Of a stretch of DNA of 64,000 nucleotides, positions 25,341-39,513 are shown in pieces. The position numbers were made by a program, and so were the translations under genes. The notes beneath the pieces are model-generated. The model did not search any database. It was given only the letters and a program-made list of their open reading frames with translations, and was not told where the DNA came from. This stretch comes from Squalus acanthias (Eukaryota): NCBI GenBank assembly GCA_030390025.1, contig CM059432.1, forward strand, positions 148,988,001-149,052,000. Reading direction: 5' to 3'. The stretch's first letter is position 1. Every line of letters starts with the position of its first letter.

Positions 25341-26355
25341 ATAAGAACATAAGAACATAAGAAATAGGAGCAGGAGAAGGCCAATCGGCCCTTCGAGCCT
25401 GCTCCGCCATTCAATAAGATCATGGCTGATCTGATCCTCACCTCAAATCTAAAGAACACAAGAAGTAGGAGCAGGACCCGGCCACTCAGCCCCTGGGCCC
25501 GCTACGCCACCCACAGGGCCTCGACCGATCCGAACTCAGCCTCATGTCCAATTTCCTGCCCGCTCCCCGTAACCCCTAATTCCCTTTACTTCTAGGAAAC
25601 TGTCTATTTCTGTTTTAAATTTATTTAATGATGTAGCTTCCACAGCTTCCTGGGGCAGCAAATTCCACAGACCTACTACCCTCTGAGTGAAGAAGTTTCT
25701 CCTCATCTCAGTTTTGAAAGAGCAGCCCCTTATTCTAAGATTATGCCCCCTAGTTCTAGTTTCACCCATCCTTGGGAACATCCTTACCGCATCCACCCGA
25801 TCAAGCCCCTTCACAATCTTATATGTTTCAATAAGGTCGCCTCTCATTCTTCTGAACTCCAATGAGTACAGTCCCAATCTACTCAACCTCTCCTCGTATG
25901 TCCACCCCCTCATCCCGGGGATTAACCGAGTGAACCTTCTTTGTACTGCCTCGAGAGCAAGTATGTCTTTTCTTAAGTATGGACACCAAAACTGTATGCA
26001 GTATTCCAGATGCGGTCTCACCAATACCTTATATAACTGCAGCAATACCTCCCTGTTTTTATAATCTATGCCCCTAGCAATAAAAGCCAACATTCCGTTG
26101 GCCTTCTTGATCACCTGCTGCACCTGTATACTAACTTTTTGATTTTCTTGCACTAGGACCCCCAGATCCCTTTGTACTGCAGTACTTTCCAGTTTCTTGC
26201 CATTAAGATAATAACTTGCTCTCTGATTTTTCCTGCCAAAGTGCATAACCTCACATTTTCCAATATTGTATTGCATCTGCCAAATCTCTGCCCACTCACC
26301 CAGCTTGTCTATATCCCCTTGTAGGTTTTTTATGTCCTCCTCACTTTCTACTTTC
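25341..26355 (-). mobile_element. Young CR1 3' fragment, same subfamily as 21721-23600
   Basis: Open ORF2 C-terminus ending GYGERAGNWT and the same doubled 3'UTR. Confidence 0.92.
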
Positions 26356-26643
26356 TGTGGAAGAAGGGATGTTCTAAAAAAACTCTCAAATATTAAGATA
26401 ACACCAAACTTCATGCACATTTTTTGTAAAAATACTGTAGCAATTGGCCAAGAAATTTTGAGCATTCAGCGAATATTTTACTCGAGTTCATTTTTTAAAC
26501 CCTTAGACTGCCAGTCACTCATGGGAAATCCATGTTACTTTAGGGCAGCCATTTAATTTTTCTGCCTGAATCCTGCAGTATTACGCCTGCTCAAATGTCA
26601 GGAGGTTTATTACAGTGACAGTAGCATTACACTATTAAACAAT

Positions 26644-27398
26644 GGGCCGTATTTTCCGATCGGAGGCTTCCCGCGTGCGGAAGCCTCCGATCTGGAAAAA
26701 ATCTACGCCCTTACCTGAGGGCTCCCAGGACGCACACAATTCCGATCCTGGGCGCCTCGAACTCCAAGTGTGCAGGGCCTATGTATCCCAGGGGCGCATG
26801 TAGTTCGCAGCGTCCCTGGGATCACGTGGGCCATGGGGAGCCAATCAAAGAAGGAATCTCCCTTCATACACTTGACAGGAAGACCTGTCAAATATATGAA
26901 TGGAGATCACCCCAAAAACATAGTAAAACTTTAAATAATTTTTTTTTTTAAATCACATTTTTAAAATGACTTGAAATTACAATAAATTAAATATTTTAAA
27001 CAAAAATTAAATTTTTTGAAAAAAATAATTAAACTTTTTTACGGGGCTAAAAATAAACTTACTTTTTTTTAAAAGTATTTTTAAATGATACATCAGTGAA
27101 AAAATGTTTCACTTTTTTTCAACTCTTATCCTGGTAAAAGCAAGCCTTACGCGTGCTTTTACCAGGCATAAGAATTGTAAGTGTTTTCTGCGGGCGGAGG
27201 GTCTCCAAAAAGCGGAACTATCGGCCCACAGAGGCCCTTCTCCAGGGCAGCCGGAGGATCTGTCAAGAGGATTCTTGACAGATCGGAAATGCCGGTTTTC
27301 AGCGCATGCGCTGTGCATGTCTGAAACCGGCATTTCTGATGTCCCTACATGTGGGTACACAGCGCGTACCCACCCGTAGGGATCGGAATATTTGGGCC
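26644..27398. mobile_element. Non-autonomous Harbinger-type MITE
   Basis: Ends GGGCCGTATTTTCCGATC and GATCGGAATATTTGGGCC, flanked by AAT/ATT. AT-rich core and internal hairpins. Confidence 0.75.
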
Positions 27399-27849
27399 AT
27401 TAAACATAATTTTATATAAAACATTTAATGCACTTCAGTTCTTCGAACCCTGTCTTTCCATTTTGTTTTCTTCCATGTTCTCTGTTCCGTTCTTATTACT
27501 TAAACTTTACTTTTAATTCTATTTTATTTCTAGCAATATCTCATCAATTGTCTCCACAAATGACATTGTGCTTGAGTTTAGATCGGTAGTGGGAAGGCGA
27601 GATGAAGTTCAGGAATGAGATTGAGAGGTTGGACGAGGGTCGAGAAAGGGAGAAGGTAAAGAAGGGTCTGGCAACCATGCAGGACATTGGAATGTCCTTA
27701 TCAGACTTGGTACCTGTCAAAGGTGGCAGAATTTCAAGCATTATCAGTCCAATGTAATGGATGAATGTGATTAAGGAGTGTGGACTGACCAATTGAGTGT
27801 TCCCAGCATTTTCTTTTGATCTCCTAAGCTTTCCCTTTTTTCCTTAAGA

Positions 27850-28220
27850 AAACTCAATATTCTGAAAGGGCTGGACAGGGTAGATGCTGAGAGGCTGTTT
27901 CCCCTGGCTGAAGAGTCTTGAACGAGGGGTCACAGTCTCAGGATAACGGGTCAGCCATCTAGGACTGAGATAAGGAGAAATTTCTTCACTCAGAGGGTTG
28001 TGAATCTTTGGAATTCTCTACCCTAGAGGGCTGTGGATGCTCAGTCGTTGAGTATATTCAAGGCTGAGATCGATAGATTTTTGGACTCTGAGGGAATCAA
28101 GGGATATGGGGATCGGGCGGGAAAGTGGAGTTGAGGTCGATGATCAGCCATGATCTTACTGAATGGCAGAGCAGACTCGAGGGGCCGTATGGCCTACTCC
28201 TGCTCCTATTTCTTATGTTC
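27850..28220 (+). mobile_element. CR1 3' end
   Basis: Canonical GATCAGCCATGATC...CCTACTCCTGCTCCTATTTCTTATGTTC terminus. Confidence 0.88.
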
Positions 28221-28459
28221 AAGCTCATATCTTATCTGGTGCCTCCCAGAACCCGTCTATTTTGAAGGTAGGATGACATTAAAATAATGAGCCTCCAACT
28301 ATTTGTTTCACAATTACATTCATCCATTATTTTGGACTGCCAATGCTAGAACTACCTCCACCAGAAGACATACCTTCTCTGTATCTACCCTATCAAATCC
28401 CTTTATTATTTTAAACACCTCAATTAGATCACCCTCAAAAATCTAAACTCAAGGTAATG

Positions 28460-31380
28460 CTACTGGATTTCCGTTTTCCTTGCATTTGTGCAAGTCTTTT
28501 CGATGAACTTGATACTGTCTTTTACCTCGTTTGTTGGCCATGGTTGCTTAGCTGCACAAGTGGAGATTTTGGCGTTTAAGGGTATGTACTAGTTTTGTAT
28601 TGCACCAAAAACTTCTTTGAATACTTCCCACTGTGTGTCTGTTGGTTTTGACATTAACATCGCAGCCCAGCTTACTGTGGTCAATTTATTTCTCCGACTC
28701 TTCAAAGTTTGCCTGACTTAATTTGAAATTTGTTTGTGACTCTCGCTACTCCCTCTCCAACCTAATATCAAAGTCAATCATATTATGGGCACTATTCACA
28801 AGATGTTCCCTTAAAGTCAGATTGTTGACTAATTCTGGTTCGTAGCTCGTCACTAAATCTAGTCTGGCCTTATCCCTGGTCAGTTCTAAAACATACTGTT
28901 CCAGAAAAGTGTCCCTAATACATTCTAGAAATCCATTGCCTTTACCACTTGTGCTATTCTGCTTCTCCCAGTCTGTGTAAAAATTAATATCTCCCATGAT
29001 AGTCATTGTTTCTGCTACATGCTTCCTCGATCTCCGTATTGCTACATCCTCCCACTGCATCGCTACTGTTCCTTAATTCTACCCATACTGCTTCCACTGC
29101 CTGTTCACCCTTACTGAACTCCTTTCTTTCCAATGCTGTAATTGTGTCTTTTATCAATATTGCTGCTCCTCCTCCTTTCCCAATTTCCCTGTTCTTTCTA
29201 AAGATCCTATAGCCTGGAATATTTAGCTCCCAAACATGCCCAGCTTGTCTTCAAGTCTCTGTAATGGCGACTACATCATATCCTTTAAGCTGAATTTGTG
29301 CTTTAAACTAATTTTGTTTCCTTTCTTATGCTACGTACATTCATATGCACAACTCTCATTTGGATAACTATCCCCACCCTGCCCATAAGCCTTACATAGA
29401 ATTAAATATAACTTACAACAGAGCAACAGGCCATTCAGCCCAACAGGTCTATGCCGGTGTTTATGGTCCACACGAGCTTCCTCCCACCTTACCTCATCTC
29501 AACCTATCAACATAACCTTCTATTCCTTTCTCTCTTAGGTACTTATTCAGCTTCCCCTTTAGCATGCAGTTCTTCAAAAATTCTCCCTCCAAAAATGGTT
29601 TCGATGACACAGCTATTTCATGGGCAATCACAGCGCATCGTAACAGCGGCATCACTTATACTGATGGTGTACTTCTCACTCTTTTTGACCTGTCACTTTG
29701 GGTTGTTGAAGCTCTGTACATTGCTATACCGGCAATTTAGTATGAGTTTCACTCCTGCTTTATTTTTAACAGGTATTTTATTATTACTTCCTATAACCTT
29801 TTCTATTCCCAATAATAACTGTGTAGTAACTAATGCGCAAATAGCCAGCAAGTTGAGGGGATTAAGAGATATGGCGCGAGTTGCGAATCTCCAGAACTTG
29901 CTGGTCAATTTACGCTGCGTGTGGTTTGTTTCGCACAACAGCATTTCAACTTTATTTTGAAGAACTTGCTGGATTTGCACATTAATTGCCCATTAAGCCC
30001 ATCACAGAAAGTTAGAATTGAATTTAACAGCTTAAGTACCTTTTTAATGACGTGATAATTGTTAATGCAATGCCAATCAACCCCTCAGGCCCAGACAGGG
30101 AACAACTTAAACTGTTCAAGCTCATTCCTGCATGTAGTAAATTGTTGTTAGAGATTTTTAAAAAGTTAAATTTGAAAAAAAATCTTACTTTTCCTGTCTT
30201 TTTCTCTTCTCTCAATCTAATCTTTCTTTCCCTCTCTATTTCTCTTTCTGTAACTGATTTGACAATAATTCACCCACTCTAATTTACCCTTCTTCTCCAT
30301 TGTTGCTGTTTCTTTCTCAATCCTTAAATGTCATTGATTAAGGAGATACACTGTTGGCTCCACCGTTCACTAAGGTACCAGATACTCTGTTGCCCTCACC
30401 ATACCGTTATCAGCTCGCACTTCCAACAAGTTACAACGTAAAAACAATTCGAGCTAAGGGTGCAGGAAAAGGTCCAAGGGCATACGCTGTGAGATGCCCA
30501 GCTCCAGCAAGATCTGGCCCATTATCTTTGTCTCTTTTTGTACTCTGACCTTTGCTTTTGTCCCCTTTTTTTCCTCATCTTTAGGTTATTATTTCCACCC
30601 AGACCCTCCCTCCTTTTATTGCTTTCTACAGTCCTATTTATCCTTTCTGCTAGAACCTTGGCGTAGCCTGTCCCAGCACTGGTGCCAGTGTCCCATGAAA
30701 TGAAACCCCTCCTTCCCTCACCAGTCTTTCAGCCATGCATTTATATTCCTGATTTGTTCATCCCTATGCCAATTAGCATGTGGCTCGGGTAGTAACCCAG
30801 AGATTACCATCCTCGAGGTCCTGCTTTTTAATTTAGCGCCTAGCTCCTGATACTCCCTCAGCAGGACCCTTTCCTTGTTCTTTCTTATGTCGTTGGTTCC
30901 GACATGGATTACATCAACTGGATCTTCACCCCTCCCTTTCCAAGTTCCTTTTCAGTCGTTTCGAGATATCCTTTACCCTGGCGACAAATCTCGTTGACTC
31001 TCAATCGCATGGTATACCCTCTGGCTTCCTAATCATCAAATCTCCTGCAAGTATAACCTTTCTGTTCTGCGGTTTCCCCCTGCCTTCAACTGTCTTGGAC
31101 TGCCTCCTGCTCCAGGGTGCTTTGGTTAGCATTCTGTTCATCATCCCACAGCCTTCTTACTTATCGCCACAGTTAGTAAGTACATCGTATCTGTAGGACA
31201 TGAGCAAATTCTGCAGTTCCTCCTTCCCTGCCTCCACTAGGTTGCCCCTACCCTGCTGACTGTCAGTCACACATTCCTCGTCCTGTATCGTTCGATGTAG
31301 TGTGATGCTGTTCTGGAGTAAACGATCCATATATTCCTGCCCCTCCCTTATGTGTTGGATACAATATGCTCCCTTAACAG
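28460..31380 (-). mobile_element. Old CR1 5' half (esterase-type ORF1 and EN), interrupted
   Basis: IHVGTNDI (SGNH esterase block) near 30885-30910, RYDVL motif, and MGDINF...FLEQYV...LDLV EN motifs at 28746-29060. Confidence 0.7.
29560..30520. mobile_element. Probable non-autonomous Harbinger-type element, left end unclear
   Basis: Right end GCAAGATCTGGCCC followed by ATT. Interrupts an old CR1. Confidence 0.5.
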
Positions 31381-33354
31381 TAGTATAAGCAGAATACATT
31401 TCAAACTCTTAATACAGTGCTAAATAATTTTCAACATGAAAATAGATTTTTTTTTAAATAATTTATTCCACAATAAATATCTTAAATGTGTAAATTCTAG
31501 GTAATGGCAGGAATAATGTGGCTAGCAAGCAGCACATAGTAAAGTTCTAACAAGCTGCACTACAGGCTGGTAGGTCATGGGCTCATGTCTGAATTACCAT
31601 CCTTGACTGTATTATCCATAGGGAAGTGGAGAGTCAAGGTCAAGGACACTTGCTTGGGAATAACAGACAGCTTCTACTCCACTCACCTTGTCCTTTCACT
31701 CACCTTGTCCTTTCACTCATTACCCAGCAGTTGGTCAGGGTAGCACAAAGGGTTTGTGATGACCATGCAGAAGGGAAGACAAATTTTTAAAACAATGGTA
31801 GTTCTGAATGCAGTTGCACTTAAGTACGTTCCACAGGAGATATCCAATACTCGCCTGCATCGCATAACAACTGCATGTTGCAGTACCTTTTCCTTTGGTC
31901 GCACCCCTCTCTCCTGCACATATATTTATCATACCATTCAGGCAAGAATACAATATCAAAAATTAACATTCAGTCATCTAAAGCTCCATTTGTGCAGGAT
32001 TCAGACTGATCAGGTAAATCTTCAGACGGAATGTTACTTGCACTACCACAAGGACTGCAGCAATTCAAGGCGGCCCACCATAATCTTCTCGAGGGAACTT
32101 GAAACAGGAGATAATTACGACTTTGTCAGCTTCACCCGCGTCAATTTTTTTGTTAAATGAGTGGGAATAGCAGAACAGCATAAACCTGGAGTTTCAAGTT
32201 ACAACCCAACATCTTAGTTAGAGTCCAGCAATTGCAGCTAATTATAAGAGATAGGTACAATGTATTTTGAAAATTTCACACAGCAGTAAAAAAAAATTCC
32301 ACCAGGTAGCCTGCCTTTATTTCTAAAGATTATCAGGAATTACTCTGGAAATACATTGCTTTCATAGCCTCTATTTGTCTCTTGATTTACTTCCTCAAAT
32401 CATCTATTACTCCACTAATCACTTTCAATGCCATGAATATACGTAGGCAATGCAACCATCGAAATTCAGATTTTAAACAGCTTAATTTATCAACCTTAAA
32501 AAAATACAACTGTTTGCAGCATAATCACAAGAAGTTAACACTACCTTCCTATAACACAAATGGGAAGTCCACCTGTCAGTAGCCTCAGACATGCAGCGCA
32601 CACTCCTTTGGATTCCTTAGCATGTAAAAGTAACTATACTGCAGTTAAAACTGATAAATTGGAAGATACAACATTGATATAGGAAGAAATTATATTGCAA
32701 AGCATAAGGAGATCTGACCCATTTTATCAAGTTAAGTGAATAAAATGAGAACATTTAAATTCAGATGTGCTGCATTGAGAGAGGGAAGGCAGAGCATTTG
32801 CGTGTTGCTTGTCCGGTTATTTTTGTGTCAGTGTAGAGTCTACTGGTTCCACAGTTATCAGTTGCAGTTAATGATCTAGGAATGAAGACCAAACCTGGAA
32901 GTTCTCTTGGTTCAGCCTCAGTGAATGGCTGATCTGTCTAGAATTGGCCATCCTGTACAGCACCTCAATTCACATCAGTTAGGTAGGACAAGACTCACTG
33001 GAACATACGAACAGGAGTAGGTCATAGTGCAACAGCTTTTTGGGTGAGAGTTCCAGATTTCCACTACGCTTTGTGTGAAGAAGTGCTTCCTGACCACTTA
33101 ACGGCCTAGTTCTAATTTTAAGGTTATGCCCCCTTGTTTTGGATTCTTCCACCAGAAATATTTATCTCAATCTAACTAGCTAATCCTTTAATCATCTTAA
33201 ACACCTCAATTAGATCACATTTTAATCTTCTATACTCAATGGACTACGCAACCTATTCTCAATTTAACCCTTTCAGCCTCAGTATCATTCTGGCGAATCC
33301 GCACTGCACCCTCTCCAAGGCCAATATATCCTTCCTAAGCTGTGGTCCCCAGAG

Positions 33355-34380
33355 CATTTTTTTTTTATTCGTTTCCGAGATGTGGGTGTCACTGGCAAGG
33401 CCAGCATTTATTGCCCATCACAAACTGCACTTGAAGTGGTGGTGAGTCACCTTCTTGAACCGCTGCAGTCCGTGTGGTGAAGGTACTTCCTCAGTGCTGT
33501 AAGGGAGGGAGTTCCAGGATTTTGACCCAGCGACAATGAAGGAACAGCAATATATTTCCAAGTCAGGATGGTGTGTAACTTGGAGGGGAACTTGAAGGTG
33601 GTGGTGTTCCATGCTCCTGCTGCCCTTGTCCATCCAGGTGGTAGAGGTCGCGGGTTTGGGAGGTGCTGTCGAAGAAGCCATGGCGAGTTGCTACAGTGCA
33701 TCTTGTCGATGGTACACACTGCAGCCACGGTGCGCCAGTGGTGGAGGGAGTGAATGTTTAAGGTGGTGGATGGGGTGCCGATAAAGTGGGCTGCTTTGCC
33801 CTGGATGGTGTCGAGCTTCTGGAGTGTTGTTGGAGCTGCACTCATCCAGGCAAGTGGAGAGTATTCCATCACACTCCTGACTTGTGCCTTGTAGATGGTG
33901 GAAAGGCTTTGGGGAATCAGGAGGTGAGACACTTGCCGCAGAATACCCAGCCTCTGACCTGCTCTTGTAGCCAAAGTATTTATGTGGCTGGTCCAGTTAA
34001 GTTTCTGGTCAATGTTGACCCCCAGGATGTTGATGGTGGGGGATTCGGCAATAGTAATGTCGTTGAATGTCATGGGGCGGTGGTTAGACTCTCTTTTGCT
34101 GGACATAGTCATTGCCTGGCACTCGTGTGGCGCGAATGTTACTTGCCATTTACCAGCCCAAGCCTGAATGTCTTGCTGCATGCAGTCATGGACTGCTTCG
34201 TTATCTGAGGAGTTGCGAATGGAACTGAACATTGTGCAATCATCAGCAAACATCCCCACTTATGATGGAGGGAAGGTCATTGATGAAGCAGCTTAAGATG
34301 GTTGGGCCTAGGACACTGCCCTGAGAAACTCCTGCAGCGATGTCCTGGGGCTGAGATGATTGATCTCCAACAACCACCAC
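33355..34380 (-). mobile_element. Non-LTR retrotransposon 3' part (RT C-terminus and tail); clade uncertain (RTEX/Crack/Zenon-like)
   Basis: QGSVLGPT, MFADD, YKAQVRSVMEY, SLHHWRTVAA; A-tail near 33356. Confidence 0.85.
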
Positions 34381-34640
34381 CAGAACGCAGATGGGGTCTA
34401 ACCAGTGCTGTAACATAATTCCCATCCCTTTGTATTCCAGCCCCCTTGAGTTGAAGGCTTACATTCCATTAGTCTTTTTAATTATTTTTTGTACCTTTCC
34501 ACTAGCTTTCAGTGATTTCTGTACGTGGACCCTTAAATCTCTCGGCTCATCCACAATTCCTTGCTTCTTGTCATTTAGAAAAAACTCTGATCTATCTTTC
34601 TTCGGTCCAAAGTGGATGACCTTACACTTTCCCACACTTG

Positions 34641-35154
34641 AGGTCATCCAAAACTCTGCCGTCCATGTGCTAACTCGCGCCAAGTCCCGCTCACTCATCT
34701 CCCCTGTGCTTGCTGACCAACATTGGCTCCCAGTTAAACAACGCCTCGATTTTAAAATTCTCATCCTTGTTTTCAAATCCCTCCATGGCCTCGCCCCTCT
34801 TTATCTCTAATCTCCTCCAGCCCGATAATCCCCCTAGACCTCTGCCCTACACCTATTCTGGCCTTTTGAACATCCCTGATTTTAAATGCTCCACCATTGG
34901 GCGAGCGTGCCTTCAGCTGCCGAGGTCCTAAGCTCTGGAATTCCCTCCCTAAGTCTCTTCGCCTCTCCACTTCTCTTTCCTCCTGTAAGACGCTCCTTAA
35001 AACCTACCTCTTCGACCAAGCTTTTGGTCACCTGCCCTAATATCTCCTTTATGGCTCGATGTCAAATTCAGGTTTGTTTTTTTAATAACACTCCTGTGAA
35101 GCGCCTTGGGACGTTTTATTGCGTTAAAGGTGCTATATAAATATAAGTTGTTGT
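34641..35154 (+). mobile_element. L2-type LINE 3' end
   Basis: IQNSAVHVLT...HWLPVKQRLDFKILILVFKSLHGLAP.YL. Confidence 0.85.
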
Positions 35155-36117
35155 AAACTCAATCTGCCACAGTTTTGCTCACTCACCTAATCAATGTCTC
35201 TTTGCAACTTTCGGCTACCATCTACACTATTTACTGTGCCACCAAACTTAGTGTCGACACAAAACTCAGGTATACAGCTTTCTTTTCCTTCATCCAAATC
35301 ATTTATAAATATAGTGAAAAGCTGAGGTCCCAGTACAGATCCCGAGAGAACACCACTGCTCAAATCCTGCCAATTTGAGTACATAACCATTATCCCTACT
35401 TTCTATCTCCTACCTCCTAACTAGTTTCCTATCTAAGCCAATAGGTTGCCTCCAATTGCATGCACTCTCATTTTTGTTGACAGTCTCTTATGTGGAACCT
35501 TGTCAAATGCCTTCTGGAAGTCCATATAAATAGCATCCATAGACACTCCATTATCTACCACGTTTGTTAACTCCTCAAAAAATTCAACTCTGTCAGACAT
35601 GACTTAGCCTTTTCGAATCTACGCTGGCTCACTCTCATCAGCTCATATTTATCCAAATGCTCACTGTCCATAATAACAGATTTGAGCCCTATTTTAAGTA
35701 GATCAGTGAGAAAGTAAGTCTAATCCCACAAGGACAAAAATAAGTGGCTTATTATTCATATTTTTTAGGGTTGGACTGAGTCACCCAGATGGATATTAAA
35801 ATCAAAAAAGTTAAAATACATTAAAACAGTGAGGACAGAAGAAATTATTACAAAAATTCCATGCGGTGGTCTTGGTCCGCGAAAGACATCTAGCGAATCA
35901 GCAGAAACCAAATATTCATGCTCAAGGGCCACCCAGGATGTGAATTATTCTTCAAAATGTGGGCAAGTAAACAAAGAAAAGCTACCCCATGATCATACAG
36001 AGCAGATGGCGCAACCTCCTACCCCAACAGTAGGATGGACAAGCAGGCTGCAACAAGGCAGAAATACAGGAGTCTACACATATTGAAGGCTTATCAGGGT
36101 CACTGTGATGGTCCTTA

Positions 36118-36200
36118 CTTCACCTGAGGAAGGAGCGATAGCTCCGAAAGCTTGTGATTTCAAATAAAACTGTTGGACTATAACCTGGTGTTGTGCGACC
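36118..36200 (+). ncRNA. Penelope terminal fragment with an intact hammerhead motif (36121-36156)
   Basis: CAC-CTGAGGA-A-GGAGC-GATA-GCTCC-GAAA-GCTT-GTG, followed by AATAAA and the arm sequence shared with 903-955. Confidence 0.7.
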
Positions 36201-37364
36201 TCTCAATATGGTCCTTAGAGGCAGGATGCTGGGTCCAGTTCAACTGTGGCTGGGCACTTTGAGATTGCTCTTGTACAGAAAGAAGAGAGTAGTGTATGGA
36301 GCAGTTTATTTTCTTTCCCCTCAGTTCTCTTCTCCTGAAGGTAACTCACATTTTCAAAAATGGCAGGATTCTTGGAGTACGTTATCCAAGTGTGAGCACA
36401 GACAGACGCTATTTAGTTATGGAGGCGCTGAAAGGAGGTATCACAGCTGAGCCAAATGCTTGTCTCAACTGATACCCACACCCATAAATTTCAACAAAAG
36501 ATTAGCGGGGGGTTCAAATGTCACTGGAGCAGTATCTTATCCTTTCAATTTGTTGCAGATTTGAATCTGCACGCTGTTTCACAGACGCCTTTCCATTTGT
36601 CACTGGTTAGGTCCTTCCAAGTTCTACCACCTATACTCATTTTGTTTTCCATGTGTTTTATGACCACATTGCAAAAAGTGTATCTCCATAAAACTACCTT
36701 TGTCAATTTGTGACAATAACAGATCTCGCTGGTCAGGTATTGACTGTATTTCCATGGCTCAGTGAAAGCTGCTGGTGGAAGAAACACAGTAGTAGTGCAG
36801 TGTTATCCCAGATAAACCACTGTAAAATGTCAACGGAACCGACATATTTTAAGAGTCAGGTCTCAGACCAATCTGTCACAACTTGAATAGTTATGGGTTC
36901 TCTACTTGTTGCCACATGGGGCAAGCTCCATGGAACCTGGCACATTGTCCTTCAGTCAACAGTGCACAACAAAATGCACATTACACCTGTCTGGACAGTA
37001 ATTACAACAGGTTAATCCTAAACGTCTGTGAGCTAAGGGGTTTTTGAATTAATCTGAATAAAATACCAACAAAATGCTGTGTTTGAGTATATTTATCTTA
37101 AACTTTTAATATTTCCAGACAGCAACTTCTATATTTAACATTTAATCTTCTCTACTTCTCCATCCTTCAGACTACCTACTTCAATTTCTGCTTTGTTACC
37201 AATAAAGTTTGTACTAAAATTTTCTTTATAGTGTAAGGAATTAAGTTATTTTTCTTTTCAGTCTTTGTGGAAATGTCCTGAGAGTACAGCCACATCTGCC
37301 TATCTGATTAAGGCAAGAACAATTTCACATTTGATATGCAACCCCTGCGACAGGTAAAGAACGG

Positions 37365-38645
37365 TAAGAGAGGGAAACCAGGGAATTATAGACCAGTTAG
37401 CCTAACATCTGTTGTCGGGAAATTACTAGAGTTTATAATTAAGGATAGAATAACTGAACACCTTGATAATTTTCAGTTGATCAGAGAGAGCCAGCATGGA
37501 TTTGTAAAGGGTAGGTCATGCCTGACAAACCTGATGGATTTTTCTGAAGTAGTGGACAGGGGAATGTCTATGAATGTTATTTATATGGACTTCCAGAAAG
37601 CATTTGATAAAGTCCCTCATAAGTGATTGTTAGCTAAAGTTGAAGCTCATTGAATTGAAGGTCAATTATTGACCTGGTTAGAAAATTGGCTGAGAGAGAG
37701 TAGGGGCAATGGGCAGGTACTGTAATTGGCAGGATGTGACTAGGGGTGTCCCACAAAGATGTGTGTTTGGGCCTCAACTATTCACCGTATTTACAGCAAC
37801 TTAGATAATGGGATAGAAAGCCGCAAATCCAATTTGCCTTTGACACAAAGATAGGTGATATTGTAAGCAATGTAGATGGAAACATAAAATTATAAAGCAA
37901 TGTTAATAGATTAAGCGAATGGGCAAAACTGTGGCAAATGGATTTCAATGTAGGCAAGTGAGAGGTCATCCACTTTAGTCACAAAAAAGGGCAGAAAGAG
38001 TACTTTCTAAATGGTGAAAAGGTACAAACAGTGGAGGTCCAAAGAGACAGGGGTCTATGTACATAGATCATTAAAATGTCGTGGACAGGTACAGAAAACA
38101 ATCAAAAAGGCTAATGGAATGCTGGCCATTATATCTGGAGGACTAGCATATAAGGGGGTAGAAGTAATGCTACAGCTATACAAAGCCCTGCTTAGCCCAC
38201 ACCTGGAATACTGTGAGCAGTTCCGGGCAGCACACCTTAGGAAGGATATATTGGCCTAGGAGGAGGTGCAGCGTAGATTTACCAGAATGATACCTGGACT
38301 CCAAGGGTTAAATTAGGAGAGATTATATAAACTAGGGTTGTATTCCCTGGAATTTAGAAGGTTAAAGGGTGATTTGATTGAATTTTTCAAGATATTAAGG
38401 GGAACTCATAGGGTAGATAGAAACTATTTCCGCTGGTTGGGGAGTCTAGGACCAGAAGTTTGGAACTCTTTCCCGTAAACGGCAGGCAGTTGATGCTAGG
38501 TCAATTGTTAATTTTAAATCTGAGATTGATACCTATTAACCAAAGTTATTAAGGGATATGGGGCAAACAGAGTTAGATCACAGATCAGCCACAATCTCAC
38601 TGAATGGCGGAACAGGCTCGAGGGGCTAAATGTTCCCATGTTCCT
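37365..38645 (+). mobile_element. CR1 RT and 3' end, degraded
   Basis: NYRPVSLTSVVGK and YMDFQKAFDKV with stops and frameshifts. Confidence 0.88.
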
Positions 38646-39513
38646 AAATTGTGGACATCGGGAACCTGTTGGCACAATATTTTTGAAGGATACATACATA
38701 CTCATTCCCAAGACTTCTCTAACTTCATGCAAGCGACAAATAAAAATTTGTTTAGTTGTGTTAAAGAACAATTTGTGGTTCGTAAACACAAAGCAGGTTT
38801 TAGAAATCGAACATTCCTTTGGACAACTCTGAGTCAAATGTGGCTTCTTGTAAGATGGATAATTTTGAACAATCACAAGGATCATGCTCATTAAGAGATT
38901 TGCTGAAGTCATAGATATGGTTACATGTTTTCAATTTCATTCATTTGTTACTTTGGATGGGCTGCATTAAGGCAACTAAACTAAATCGTCATTTAGATGT
39001 ACTGTGTACCACCTTGAGCTCAGTCTACTCAAGTTTAACAAACAATACACAACAGATGAGAGCCCATGACCGTTAACACGAAGTAAACTTTTGCTTTTTA
39101 GTATTAATTTACAAAACACACATTTGTGGATATTATTCACAGCAGCTAATAGTTGAGAGCATCATTTAGTGACGTTTTTAGAGCAAAGCGTACTTTGAAT
39201 ATCTAAGGGTTTCATTATTTTCTTGGAGGCTTGTGTCTTCAGAACACTTACCAAAGGAATTCTACAATACAAAATGCCACATTTTAAATTATGGCACAGT
39301 ACCAGAAACCTAAACAGATAGTTCGAACACAGGTTATGTCTGTTTGCCAAGTCGGCACTAGCTTCAGTCACCTTCTAATGAAACCCCTAGATAAACTCAA
39401 GGTTAAGTGGTAAATGCCTTTGAAAGAATGCAAGCATCAAGCAGCACAATCTTCTCTTGCTAAATGCTTCTCCTACCCTGCCATGGCATTGCTGGTAGGG
39501 TGGGAGGACTCAC

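Larger units (their letters stand above)
33000..35680 (-). mobile_element. Degraded CR1 interrupted by two other LINE fragments
   Basis: CR1 pieces at 33000-33350, 34390-34640 and 35155-35680 ([17 protein letters not shown]). Confidence 0.75.

Noticed and set aside
31680..31719. 17-bp tandem duplication ACTCACCTTGTCCTTTC containing a minus-strand AAG|GTGAGT
   Set aside because: It looks like a simple slippage duplication, and I could not support a matching upstream exon.
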